Position numbers and translations under genes: made by a program. The notes below the pieces were generated by a model. The model was given only the letters and a program-made list of their open reading frames with translations. It ran no database searches and was not told the origin of the DNA. From the NCBI RefSeq assembly GCF_964355755.1, contig NC_092678.1:19795365-19859364 (forward strand): a DNA stretch of 64,000 nt, read 5' to 3'. Position 1 is the first letter of the stretch. Every line of letters begins with the position of its first letter. Source of the DNA: Antedon mediterranea (Eukaryota > Animalia > Echinodermata). Below, in pieces: positions 13,880-26,700 of this stretch.

Positions 13880-14640
13880 ACTAGCGTTCACACACTGGCT
13901 CTGGCTAATCTGGCATGAGCTTATGGTGCTTCCTGCTGGACTAAGCTAATCCACTGTCTTTTTCTGAAAAGAATACATCCAAAGAGAAGTGCACTTACTA
14001 CGAAAAAAATATGTATAACTCGCAATAGTTCGCTCAGTGGCTTTAGCTAATCTGGACACAAAGCATGTCATCAATGGTGTTTTACCAGCTGGACTAAGCT
14101 AATCCACGGTCTTGTTCTAACAATACAGTACAGTACTTCCAAAGAGAAGTACACATCCAAGAAAAATTATGTATAACTTGCAATAGTTCATTCAGTGGCT
14201 AATGGCTAATCTGTGACACATTTTAAGTAAGCATATAAAATCAATGGTGTTACCAGCTGGACTGTCTTTGAGTACCTCCAAGGAGAAGTGTACATCCAAG
14301 GAAAAATATGTATAACTTGCTATAGTTCACTCAATTGTATTGGATAATCTGGACACAAAGCATATGGCACCAATGGTGTTACCAGGGGATCTAGGCGAAT
14401 CCACTGCCTGTCACAGAGAAGTGTACTCGCAACCAAAAAGGCCATATACATGGCTGCAGTCGCGTGCTTAAATTTGAGTTTAACGGCCAACCGACTGACT
14501 GACCAACATAGTGAGCTGTAGAGTCGCGTTGCAGGCGATTAAAATTCAATGAACCATAAAAGTTCACTCTGTGACTTTGGTTAATCTATTCAATCTGAAA
14601 TCAATGGTTACCAAATGGAACAATCCATGCCTTGTTCTGA
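13880..14640. repeat. Degenerate ~140-160-bp tandem repeat, about 5 units, downstream of the PDCL stop codon
   Basis: Recurring blocks gctaatctggacacaaagcat, aatggtgttaccagctggact, agagaagtg and tatgtataacttgcaatagttc. Confidence 0.65.
14436..14544 (-). mobile_element. Helentron-associated (HINE/DINE-1-like) short element
   Basis: Subterminal inverted repeat agtcgcgtgc, (GACC)n microsatellite, terminal stem-loop gccatatacatggc and an A/T-run target. Other copies at 54145-54247 and 59866-60010. Confidence 0.6.
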
Positions 14641-14734
14641 CAACAGCATACTGTATTCCAGTGACTATTTTTCATTTATTTACAAGTGAAGTATTGTAAT
14701 AGAGTCAAGAACACCATTAGAGTAGGCAGCATGT

Positions 14735-17700
14735 TTAATCCAATTCAAGATCACTGTCTTCATCATCTTTAGCACTTGATCGGATACTAGAATTAAGCAT
14801 TGCCTGTTCTTCTTTACTTGGTAATAAACTATGTCTGCAAAAATAGAATATCAACTTCTATCAGAATTTTATGACAGGGTTTGTATGGTATAAATGCAGC
14901 TGTCACATAGAGCTTTTAACATGACAGGTGTGCAACATAGCACAGCCATTACATGGATGCTTTAACATGGCAGGTGTGTATACATAACACAGCCAGGGCA
15001 TTGAAGCTTAAAAATGACAGGTGTGTAGCATAGCACAGCTGTCACATAGTGGAGGCTTCAACATGACAGGTGTACAGTATAACATAGCACATCCAGGGCA
15101 TGGAAACTTTAACATGACAGGTGTGCAGCATAACACATCCAGGGCATGGAAGCTTCAACATGACAGGTGTGTAACATAGTGCAGCCAGGGCATGGAAGCT
15201 TCAACATGACAGGTGTGCAACATAGCACATCCTGGGCATGGAAGCTTCAACATGACAGGTGTGCAACATAGCACATCCAGGGCATGGAAGCTTCAACATG
15301 ACAGGTATGCAACATAGCACATCCAGGGCATGGAAGCTTCAACATGACAGGTGTGCAACATAGCACATCCAGGGCATGGAAGCTTCAACATGACAGGTGT
15401 ACAGCATAGCACATCCAGGGCATGGAAGCTTCAACATGACAGGTGTGCAACATAGCACATCCAGGGCATGGAAGCTTCAACATGACAGGTGTGCAACATA
15501 GCACATCCAGGGCATGGAAGCTTCAACATGACAGGTGTGCAACATAGCACATCCAGGGCATGGAAGCTTCAACATGACAGGTGTATAGCATAGCACATCC
15601 AGGGCATGGAAGCTTCAACATGACAGGTGTGCAACATAGCACATCCAGGGCATGGAAGCTTCAACATGACAGGTGTGCAACATAGCACATCCAGGGCATG
15701 GAAGCTTCAACATGACAGGTGTGCAACATAGCACATCCAGGGCATGGAAGCTTCAACATGACAGGTGTGCAACATAGCACATCCAGGGCATGGAAGCTTC
15801 AACATGACAGGTGTGCAACATAGCACATCCAGGGCATGGAAGCTTCAACATGATAGGTGTGCAACATAGCACATCCAGGGCATGGAAGCTTCAACATGAC
15901 AGGTGTATAGCATAGCACATCCAGGGCATGGAAGCTTCAACATGACAGGTGTGCAACATAGCACATCCAGGGCATGGAAGCTTCAACATGACAGGTGTGC
16001 AACATAGCACATCCAGGGCATGGAAGCTTCAACATGACAGGTGTGCAACATAGCACATCCAGGGCATGGAAGCTTCAACATGACAGGTGTGCAACATAGC
16101 ACATCCAGGGCATGGAAGCTTCAACATGACAGGTGTGCAACATAGCACATCCAGGGCATGGAAGCTTCAACCTGACAGGTGTATATAGTACCACAGCCAA
16201 AGCATGGAGGGATCAACATAACACAGCCATATATTGTCATGGAGGCTTAACATTCAAGTGTGCAACAAACACACACAGGGCATGCAAGTAGTTTCAACAT
16301 GATGGGAGAAGGAATGAAACAAAGACACATTGAAGTTTGAAATATACCGCAAAAATAACAAGACTTACTGCTGAAGAAAAGCCTCTAAATCGTTTGAGTA
16401 GAAGTCTTCACCTAATTCATCAGACACTCTCACAAAATTACCAAGTACATTCCCACCTCTGTACACGAGCAGTGCAGGCAGTGCACTAGTAGACTGTAAT
16501 AAAACAAGGTAGACTTTTAAACCATGGGGGATGGGGAAAGGATACTCTTACGGCAAGGTCTAATTTAAGAATCTCTAATGACTGTACTGAATACTCACAA
16601 ATGATTTGCTAACTTGGACCTTATCTGCTTTAACTGTACAAAACTTAACTTTAGGATATTCTTTGGCTAGACATTGAAAACAACCGTTTACTGCATTGCA
16701 CGCAACAATATTCTACAGAAAATGGAATCAAATATCAATATATCAATCAACCAAACAGGGTTCTCATTTACGCAGGAAGTACCGTATCTCGGTATGGTGT
16801 CCCCCTAAATAGGGGTGTCAGATGGAAGGGGTTCTGCTGTAATTTTTTTTATATGGTGTCTGATTATTTTGTAATATCACAAACTTGTGTAAAAACAATC
16901 AATGTTGATTGAACAAGTTGTACTGTGCATCAGTCTTGTGAATAAATACAGTTTGTAATAGTACAATTTGTGTCTGGCAAAAGCATCTGTAAAAGGTAAA
17001 TACCAGAACAGTCAAGGTTGAAAAGAATTTTGAGCGAGCCCATTGGTTTCTGGTTCGGGAAAGTTTATGAAATTCAGTACTTACATCTAAGTAGATATGT
17101 ACCATAACAGTTACATGTTCATTTTCATTGTCAATTGCATCAACATATTCATCTCCTTCAAGATCTAACACTTTACCAAATGTTGGTCTGTGAATTAAGA
17201 CATAGAATAATAATTTTCATAATTTCTAGCAACATTTACTGCACAGTTGGGTATTATTATCATCATCAGAAACCTAATTTAAACTATGATCATGCTAGTT
17301 TCCAACTAACACTATTTCAATTGATTTCCTACTTTTCCTAGAATGTTCAATGTCTTCAAATTAATTTGTATACATTCTGCAGTATAACATCCCAATCATG
17401 CCAGCATACATTCAATGGAAACACACCGCCATTGTTTACACTTTACACACTCTGTTGGAAAACCTGACAATATGTCTGGTTTTCCAGAAAGTCTGGTATT
17501 CGGAATGTGTTTCTAATGGTAAAAATGAATTTGGGACCTTTTGGACCTCAAGAAAGTCTGGTTTTGGGAGAGTATCCAGTTTTTAAAGAGTCCCGTATTG
17601 GGAGAGTGGACTGTCTATTTTGGATACTGTACGAATGCCAAATATTTTATATAAATAGCTAGCACCCTCTATTTTTTTATGTAATTGACAACAATAATAG

Positions 17701-20700
17701 TTTAGCCACGCTAAAAATCTACAAATACTTAAATTTTTACAAGTTATACTGTAGAATCTCTGAATAATTCAACATAGATGTTAAAAATAGATGTGTGTTT
17801 TTAAGAAACTTCAATTTCAGTATTTAAACTTCAAAATAAAAAAAAAGAATATTAAGTACACTAATTCATACTTTGACATTTGTGTTAAAAATGGATTATT
17901 TATTCAACATGTTTATGTTTCAAATTTTGACAGCTAGATTAAGCATTGTAGTTTGACATTTGTATAGTAGAGTGCAAAGTGTAACAGTTTTGGATATGTC
18001 TTCAAAGCAGTCATTTCTGAATAATTTCATTAATTGTTCTTATTAGATTCACAGTAATTTATTACATTGCAGATGTTTCCATATTGCTATAGGTCATAAC
18101 AAAACCAATCATTGAAGAAAAACACTTCTTAATTCTTTAAATACAGATGTTTACTTAGAGCAGTTTCTTGCCAACAACACTTTCATCATATAATTCTATA
18201 CCTCTACAGTAGTTTGACAAAAAAAGTGCCATGTGCCCAAATATTGTAGTGATATCCCAAACATCTGGACACATCACCATTTTTTTAGTGTACATTTGAT
18301 AGACAGAGCTTTAGAAATCAAATAATCTAAGTGTAATCTTTCCCAAACAATTTTTTTTTATTGTGAGATAGCAATTGTTGCTATACAGTATTGCATGCAC
18401 TCATCCACAGTGAGTGAGTGAGTGGCCGAGCGGTTAAGACAGTGGAACCGTAATCACGTAGCCATAACATTGGCAGGGGTTCGAGGCTCACTCACTCCAT
18501 GGTTCTGGTGGTAGAACGAGTCTTCTCGGATAAGGACTATAAACCGTAGGTCCAGTGTACACAACTTGCTCGTGTGCACTTTAAAGAACCTAGTACATCT
18601 TTCGAGACGAGTAGGGGGTTGGGTTAACCCGGTGTATTAGTACATCACAGCCACTGATCACCAACTGGGCCCTCTGGGAGATCAGTCTTTGACTGAAGAG
18701 GTCACCCAGTATAAAGATAAAACAAACAAACAAACACAAACACACACATGTGGTATCAAAATGACCTGGAAACGTTGTGTTTACTAAACCTGTACATTTG
18801 AAAACAGCTCTTAAAACTAAAACTGTACTTACAGTAGCAATATGTGTCTTTACTGTACTATGTTATTGATGTTTTAAACACTGTTGGTGGAAATACAGAG
18901 TTTGGGATATCATGGTTATATTTAAATTATAAAGGGAAAAGTACTTACGAATGTTTGGCCGCTGTCCTCATTTCCCGTAATCTGTCCTCGCGGTACTTCC
19001 TTAAAAACTCCTCATCTAAAACAATACCAAGTTCTGCTTCTTCTTCCTCCTTCTTTGATTTGTCTTCATCAAGCTAAACGAAAAAAAAAACATTGTTTGG
19101 TCTCTTCTGCAAAAATAAAATCAATTTTGAAAGCTCTCAATGATTGTTATCCTTCTATCCTCTGAGTTTGTAGTTGTTACAGTAAGTACGTTTTGTCTCA
19201 TGTGAATATTGTCATTAAAATAACTTGTTACAGAACCAGCCAATAAATATAAATTTGGAGTAGAAAACAGAGTATCGCGGTTTTACTACACCATTTTATT
19301 AATTTTTTAATAAGTAACACTGAACACTGGTTGTGCTACAATGGAACAAATGTTTCCTTTAATTTCTAATACATCTGGGTTTATTATATTTATTTTATTT
19401 ATTTATTTAATCACACTCTTATATAACACAGTATATTGTTAGAGTATACGAGCACGTTCAGCCTACTGTATTGCTTAATTGTACTGTACAGTGCCAAATT
19501 ACACAAACCAGTAGTGGTGTTAGTAGTCTATGAGTGCTAGCTTACCTGTATAAACCGACAATAGCCCGTGCTCTCCAGAGGGAGGGCTTAGATACGAAAG
19601 TAAAAAGTTCCTAGAACACCCCTGTATTATAATGGACCCGTCCACAACCACGCCCTCATGTGGGAACGTACCAACGTACCACCGTCATCATTTTCTTTCG
19701 TACAAATAAATGTTATTTATTACAAACGACAATGACAATATTAAAATGTCAAAATAAAATTTAGGAATCAATTCCTAAAGAAAACATTCCTTCATTTGTT
19801 AAGTTTAAAATAATGTTAGTTCTGGTGAATGTGAAAGTTGATCATTATTACTTTTGTACATGTCTTGAGGCATTCCTCTTTCATGATTAAAAAATACATG
19901 CAAAAGTTACGCAGCATTCGATTAAAGGACGACTTGTTTACAAACTGAATGTCAACGGTTCATTTTTCTACTTAAATTTTGTCTTGACATTTTATACATT
20001 TTTGCAAATGTTACGACCACTCATAAGCATGATTGATTTTCCTAAAGATCGATAGAGAAACTCAATCAAAACAATATAGGTAGTTTCGATAATTAGACAC
20101 ATTTAGGGCGTGTTTTGTCTTGTGAATAAGGATTTAACTATTTTCTGTAGCTTACACAACTTGTAAAGGCGAGTTTCATTAAACAGCAACAAATTATTGT
20201 AATGAAAAAACACAATTAACGTTTTAAATGAATAATTTGTAAATTTCTTTTTAATGTAGTTTTACTGTTTCTTTATTATGTATTTTGATGTTCAATTTGT
20301 TTTTTATGACCTATTGCAGTAATTTTTTAAGGTAAATTTTAACCAATTTTATACATACAGTACACCTATTTTGTAAATTGAAATGCAATTTAGCATTTTT
20401 GCTGCCATGTTTTAATCTTTTTGTTTTATAAATAAAAACAACTATACTATACTATAAAATGTAATTAAATCACTTTTATAAACATTGTGAGTGTCATTCA
20501 ATTTGTAAACTGGTGCTTGGTTTGTCTGGCAAAGAAAATGTTTAATCAATGAAAATATGGGTGAAGTCTACAATATTTATTGTACATTTTAGTCTCCATT
20601 AGTCTCCATTTAGATATGTTCAATTTGTTGATGCGCTGGCTTAACTGATTTGCTGCACACATCGTTACTCAATTTATCATCTGGTTATTGGGGCTATAAA

Positions 20701-23700
20701 TTTTAAAACAAAGCTTATAAACTGTGCATTATGCTGCACAGCACTACTAGATCATTTAGAGTTTGCTACAACTAACCAAGTTTAATTTTTTAATTGCAAA
20801 AGAATGCAATTACTGCAGTTAACTGTTTACTCTTAAATTGCTCTTTAACCCGTTTATGCAATTGTTTTTCGAGTTTCTTTACTGTAAGTTAATGCACACA
20901 CATTGAAGGGACGACTTAAACTTTTACATTAATAAAATTAAAGAATATTTCATTCTTAATCAAGAAATGTCCTGTAATTACTGCAGTGAGAATAATGTTG
21001 AAATGATCCCTAAACAAAGCACAATTTTGTTTTGTCTTTTTAAATTGTCGTATCAATCATCCTTTGGTTGATTTGCAACATGTGACATTCTCACGATTAG
21101 GTAGTGTATTGTGCACAATCTATAACAGCACTACTTTTAATGAGCCTTCAATTCAACATAATTCAGTATTATACAAAACTAATTAGGAATTAATTAAATA
21201 AAAGGTCATTAGAACAGTAATTCATAAGTAAAAAAGTGAATGTTGTGTATTCGTGAAATGGAGACAATGATTCCATGAGTTGAAAGATGGACTGGTCTAT
21301 TTTTTTTATACTGGGTAACCTCTTCAGTCAAAGACTGATCTCCCAGAGGGCCCAGTTGGTGATCAGTGGCTGTGATGTACTAATACACCGGGGTAACCCC
21401 CTACTCGTCTCGAAAGATGTACTAGGTTCTTTAAAGTGCACACGAGCAAGTTGTGTACACTGGACCTATGGTTTATAGTCCTTATCCGAGAAGACTCGTT
21501 CTACCACCAGAACCATGGAGTGAGTGAGCCTCGAACCCCTGCCGATGTTATGGCTACGTGATTACGGTTCCACTGTCTTAACCGCTCGGCCACTCACTCA
21601 CATGATGGGCTTACAGTACTGTAAATGAAAGACAAACAACATAATACGACTTACATTTGAACGACATGTTAATGCTAGTTTTTTGTGTAGAGCTTTTCGT
21701 TCAACTTCTTGCTGCTCTCGTTTCTCATTTTCTAATTGTTTATACCGCCTCCAGTCAGCAATTACACCTTTTGGACCCGTCTGAAAATGACAATAATGAA
21801 TTTTAATTCTTTCTTATACAGTAGAGAAGCTCTCAATTTTTGGTGAAAGAATTGTTTGTACAATGACCAGAACATAAACATGTAGTATTCCGAATTTGTA
21901 TAGTAGTAACTGCAAATGTTGATTAAAATATTGAAAATGATATCAGGAAAAAAAGGTGTGATGTGCCCAAATAAGGTAGTGATATGCCCAAATATGGTAG
22001 TGAAATGGCATCATCATGTCCATATGGGCACATCACATTTTTTTTTCACATACAGTTTCATAGTGTGGACAGAGCTTTACATTTCTGTTTTGTGAACTTT
22101 TTCTATTTTTACACATTTTAAAAATATATGAATACCTGCATTTTAAATATCAGTATCATATTTTTAGCATAATTTGACAAAGGTCAAATCATAATTCATA
22201 TGTCAGTATAAAGGTATTAAAAATTCATAATAACTTAAGCCCACTACTTTCATTTGCATTTTAATCTGCTGCATGGCTGTGCTGTTGGCGATGTATCAAA
22301 AACATTGACATTTCTATAGTATGTAAAGTACTTGATACTGTGAGAAATGGGTATCAACATGATTGGAATTGTAGGAGTAGGAATGTTTTAAACATAATTT
22401 GAACCATCCCTGGAGAGGAGGCATTGGGAGATATACTGTACATACACTATGGGGTATCAAAATGACCAGAATTTTACTGTGAAGATTTAAAATGTATCTT
22501 TGCTAGTTACTGTAAATAAATTTTAAAGATCAAACTTTAAACTAGTTTAATGTTTCGTTACTATTGCAATATCACTAGATTGATTAGATGGACTACTGTA
22601 CAAGCTCTGTCTACACTATCAAACTTTATGTGACGAAAAAATGTGCCATTATGGACATTGATGATGTCATACGGGTTTCACTACCATATTTGGGCACATC
22701 ACACTTTTTTTTATATTGATTGTAGACAGAGCTTTAGTCTAATCTGTAGTACTTCCTGTTTCAATGTTTTTCTAAAATAAATTTGAAGTATCTAAGTTTT
22801 AAAATTGATAATAAAATTATCTATATCGTTAAACAGAAACAAACAATTTGGAATTGTACTCCAAGTGAACTTCCACTTTGAATACAATACAGATTTAAAA
22901 GTTGTAAAATACACAACTTCTGCTTGAAAAACAAATGACTGTATGAACAGGGAGTTGTTTACAGTAGAACTACCATTAAGGGGGAGAGGGGGGGGGGGCA
23001 CCTTCATGACCCAAACAAAACGTCCCCTTAATATTCCCTAAGGAGACTGGCCTATACCTACAGTGACAGTATAACAACTGTTAATTATTACAGACCATTT
23101 AGATGTCATTTGATTTAGGATTAGCTTTTTTTCGTTCATTAATTTTATGGAAAGGGTTTTTCTGCAAGAAGCCAGCTGTGGCTTGGTGGGTTTGTGATGA
23201 GGCTATGGCCTAAAACATATACAGTATTCCCCTTTTTGTTTCACAGGAAAGTGACTCCTTGATAATAATACTGTACAGGTGTCCCAAAGGAGAGATTCCA
23301 AAAATATAATTTTTTTTAATAAATAAAAGAAAAATATCTATCAGTATATATAAATTAATAGAATTTGCAGACAATTCTTTTCCCTTTTAAACCAACTGTA
23401 AGTATGATTTTTCATTTTTGTTATTAAATACAGTTATAGACAGTTATTAATATTTTATGATGTAAATTGCAGGGTCACATATTAACAGTTAAATTAAAAG
23501 AAAAACTTGAATTACAGTACCATGCATACTGATACTAAATAATTATATTATTGTTGACCTTGACCTTCTCAATTGGCACAATGAGGGTCAAATATTAAAA
23601 CACAATCAAACCAGGGAGTACAACTCCCTGATCAAACATTATTTATACATAAGCTAGTATAGGATTATATACTTATCTATGTTTTATGAAAAATATAGAC

Positions 23701-26700
23701 AATAGTGGAATTTAATGACTCACAATAATGTATAAAATGACATCCGTATTGATTCGATAAACGTCACCTTTGAATAAACGCCTCCATAGTATCAGTATTT
23801 ATGTGATGGTACATAAAAAATAAATACATCCCATATATAAAAGCTTAACTCCCCCACACCTCCTACTAAAAAACCTCATGAACAATAAACACCCCGGAGC
23901 ATTTATTAGTATAATGCGGTATACACAGTTACTTTTATTAGAGTTATAAATTGGCCTAACATATTATAAAAAGCGAAGGGAGCCTAGATTTTTCCAATCA
24001 GATTGATAAAGTAGAATACATTTTTGGACTTTTTTGTATTATTTTTTTTATGTACATTTATAATTTTTTCTGAGCCTCGCTTTTCGCTTATTGACTTAAA
24101 TTGCTTTCGAAATTGGAAAAGCATTAATACAGTAGGTATACAGTAAGCCAGTGTATGATATTGGCCATTAATTCTTTCAACAATATCATGAGATATAATC
24201 ATTTCTCTAGGAAGAGAAAGAAAGCATCATAATAATGTTTAGGCCAATGTATACTGTAACTCTAATAATTTAACTCTGTATACCGCATTATTCTGATAAA
24301 TGCGCCGAGGCGTTTATTGTTCATGAGGCTTTTTAGGAGGAGGTGTGGGGGAGTTAAAGCCCCATTCCCTACGTTTTTTAGATCTAATTTAAGATCACAA
24401 ACTATATTTAATGTAAAAATAATACTATATGGTCCTATTGCGATAACTTTTTTCGTCTTTAAACTGTTAAAAATGTGAAAAATAAGTCGATTCTAATAAT
24501 TATAGCGGCCCGCTATAAATCCCAAAATGCATTGCGCGCGGATTGATATTTTTGTTTTTCACCTGTAATTCGCCCACTTTTCGATCGATCGTGAGGCCAA
24601 AACAAATGGAAGACTCCTAACTTTTCAGCGAAAATACCGGGTTTTCCCCAATTTGTATCAACGGAGTCTGGCAAAAATAGAAAGACAATTAATGCAGCAA
24701 CTATACAACGTCAGGCTAGGTATATAGCTCGCGTACGATGTTCGTACGTTACCGATGTTTACCAGCTAGGCCTACAAAACTAAGCCTAGCTAGGCTAGGC
24801 CTAAGACCGTCCACGAGAGGTCGATCGCCGCGAGCTACTTAGGTAGTGCATTGTTTCTCACTTTTTATCATAATTTACCATAAAACGTACATTTAAGACA
24901 AGAAATGACATGGTTTAATGTTTTTAAAGTGATATATATGTATTATTTTCCAAAAAACGTCCAAAATTGCAGGGAAGGGGTCTTTAAGCTTTTAATGGGA
25001 TGTATTTATTTTTTATGTACAATCACATAAATACCCATAATATGGAGGCGTTTTTGGGTCATTCCATCTCAGATCACCCAATGAGTTAAACCCTACCTCT
25101 TCCAATTTTGATGAAATTTGGTATATAGGTGATTCATAGCAATTAAAGCCAAAATTTCAAATTTTAACCTTATCGGACCAACGGTTTTCAAGATATCGCA
25201 ATTTCAATTTTCGGTTTTTACGCAAAAAAGGGCGCGTCCGCCACGTTTCAAAGAGCTGTATCTCGGGAACTATAGGTTCGATTTTAAAAGCAAAGGTATT
25301 TTTGTAAAGGGGAGACCATAAGGAATCTAAATATACTAATTGTGTGTGTTTTATGTTAATTTTAAGTTGAATAAAACTTTGACATATATTTTGACCTTGA
25401 AATTGACCCCGTGGAACACGCCCGTTTTGTTGGTGACTATCATGAAAAATGTAGCCCTACGTGTCAACTACAACATATAAAAAAATTGGAGGGGTTTTTT
25501 TCTTTGTTTCCATGAAATTACAATTTGAAGTTGACATACCTCTTCCTTTTAGTGTATTTTTGGTGTCTGTCCATGCATTACTTCAATGTCAATTTGATGT
25601 ATTCCAAAATTAATTTTATTACAAACTAAATATTATTATAATGTTACAATTGTCTATGTCTGGCCTTTACTCATTTTGGGAAATACTGTAATTCCTAGTC
25701 GAAGAGGATTTTATAAACGGAGAGGCTATAATACAATGTACATTTGATTCAGGAATCCAACAACAGTCTTCTTTGGAGGGCCAATAAAAGGTTTTCGCTG
25801 ACCCATGAGGATGCATAAATTTAATTTGAAAATCCCCAAACTCTTCTGAGAGTGAGACATCCACCACCAAACCAATCCATGGGACACCATCATAACTACA
25901 GCACACAAAATTCTGAAGTCTAATAATGGTGGGTTGTGTATCAGCAACAATTTCATTTTCATCACTGAAAGATTCTTGAATCACTACCACATCCGGAGGG
26001 TTTATCTGGGTACTAAGTTTGTAGACCTGCATCTGTGCCAGAGAAACGGGAACAAAGCGATGATATTGTAATGTACCCTTGATGGTCTGGGCGAGGTTGA
26101 ATCTCAGCTTTATTTCTTTTTCCACAGTAGATACCTCATCTATTCCCTCATGAAAAAAGTTGATGCCTGGAATGTCCATATGAGCGAGTCATATGGCCGA
26201 GCGGTTAAGGCAGGGGCGCCGTTTACCGTACCTAAAAGAGCCAACAACAACATCGGCAAGGGTTCGAGGCCGACTCGCTCCTAGTTCTGGTGGTGGAACA
26301 AGTCTTCTCGGATAAGGACTATAAACCGTAGGTCCAGTGTACACAGTTATAACATGTGTGTACTTTAAAGAACCCAGTTCATTATTTGAAAAAGAGTAGG
26401 GGGTTACCCCGGTGAACTGGTTCACACAATAGCCCCTGTATCAGGGGGATTACCACCTATCTGATAGGACAGTGATTAATTCACTATTGGTAATCCTTGG
26501 CCACATTGCCTAAAGACATAAAATAAAAATAAAAAATTACACAGTAGTCGAACATACTGAGAGATGTGATAATATGACATTCAGTCAAACGCTGTAAGCT
26601 TCTCATAGTGACAAGCCTCTTAACGGTTCCACCTATGCCATCACACGCACTCTTGCCATGTGATGTAGCAAAAAAATTCCACTCGGCGTCTAAACCAAAA

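Noticed and set aside
14870-16285. Regular repeat resembling a CRISPR array
   Set aside because: Units are contiguous with no unique spacers, there are no cas genes, and it lies within a spliceosomal intron.
18412-18500. tRNA gene candidates at the SINE heads (also 21520-21600 and 26185-26285)
   Set aside because: A and B boxes are present, but each runs into a shared SINE body and tail and no clean cloverleaf forms.
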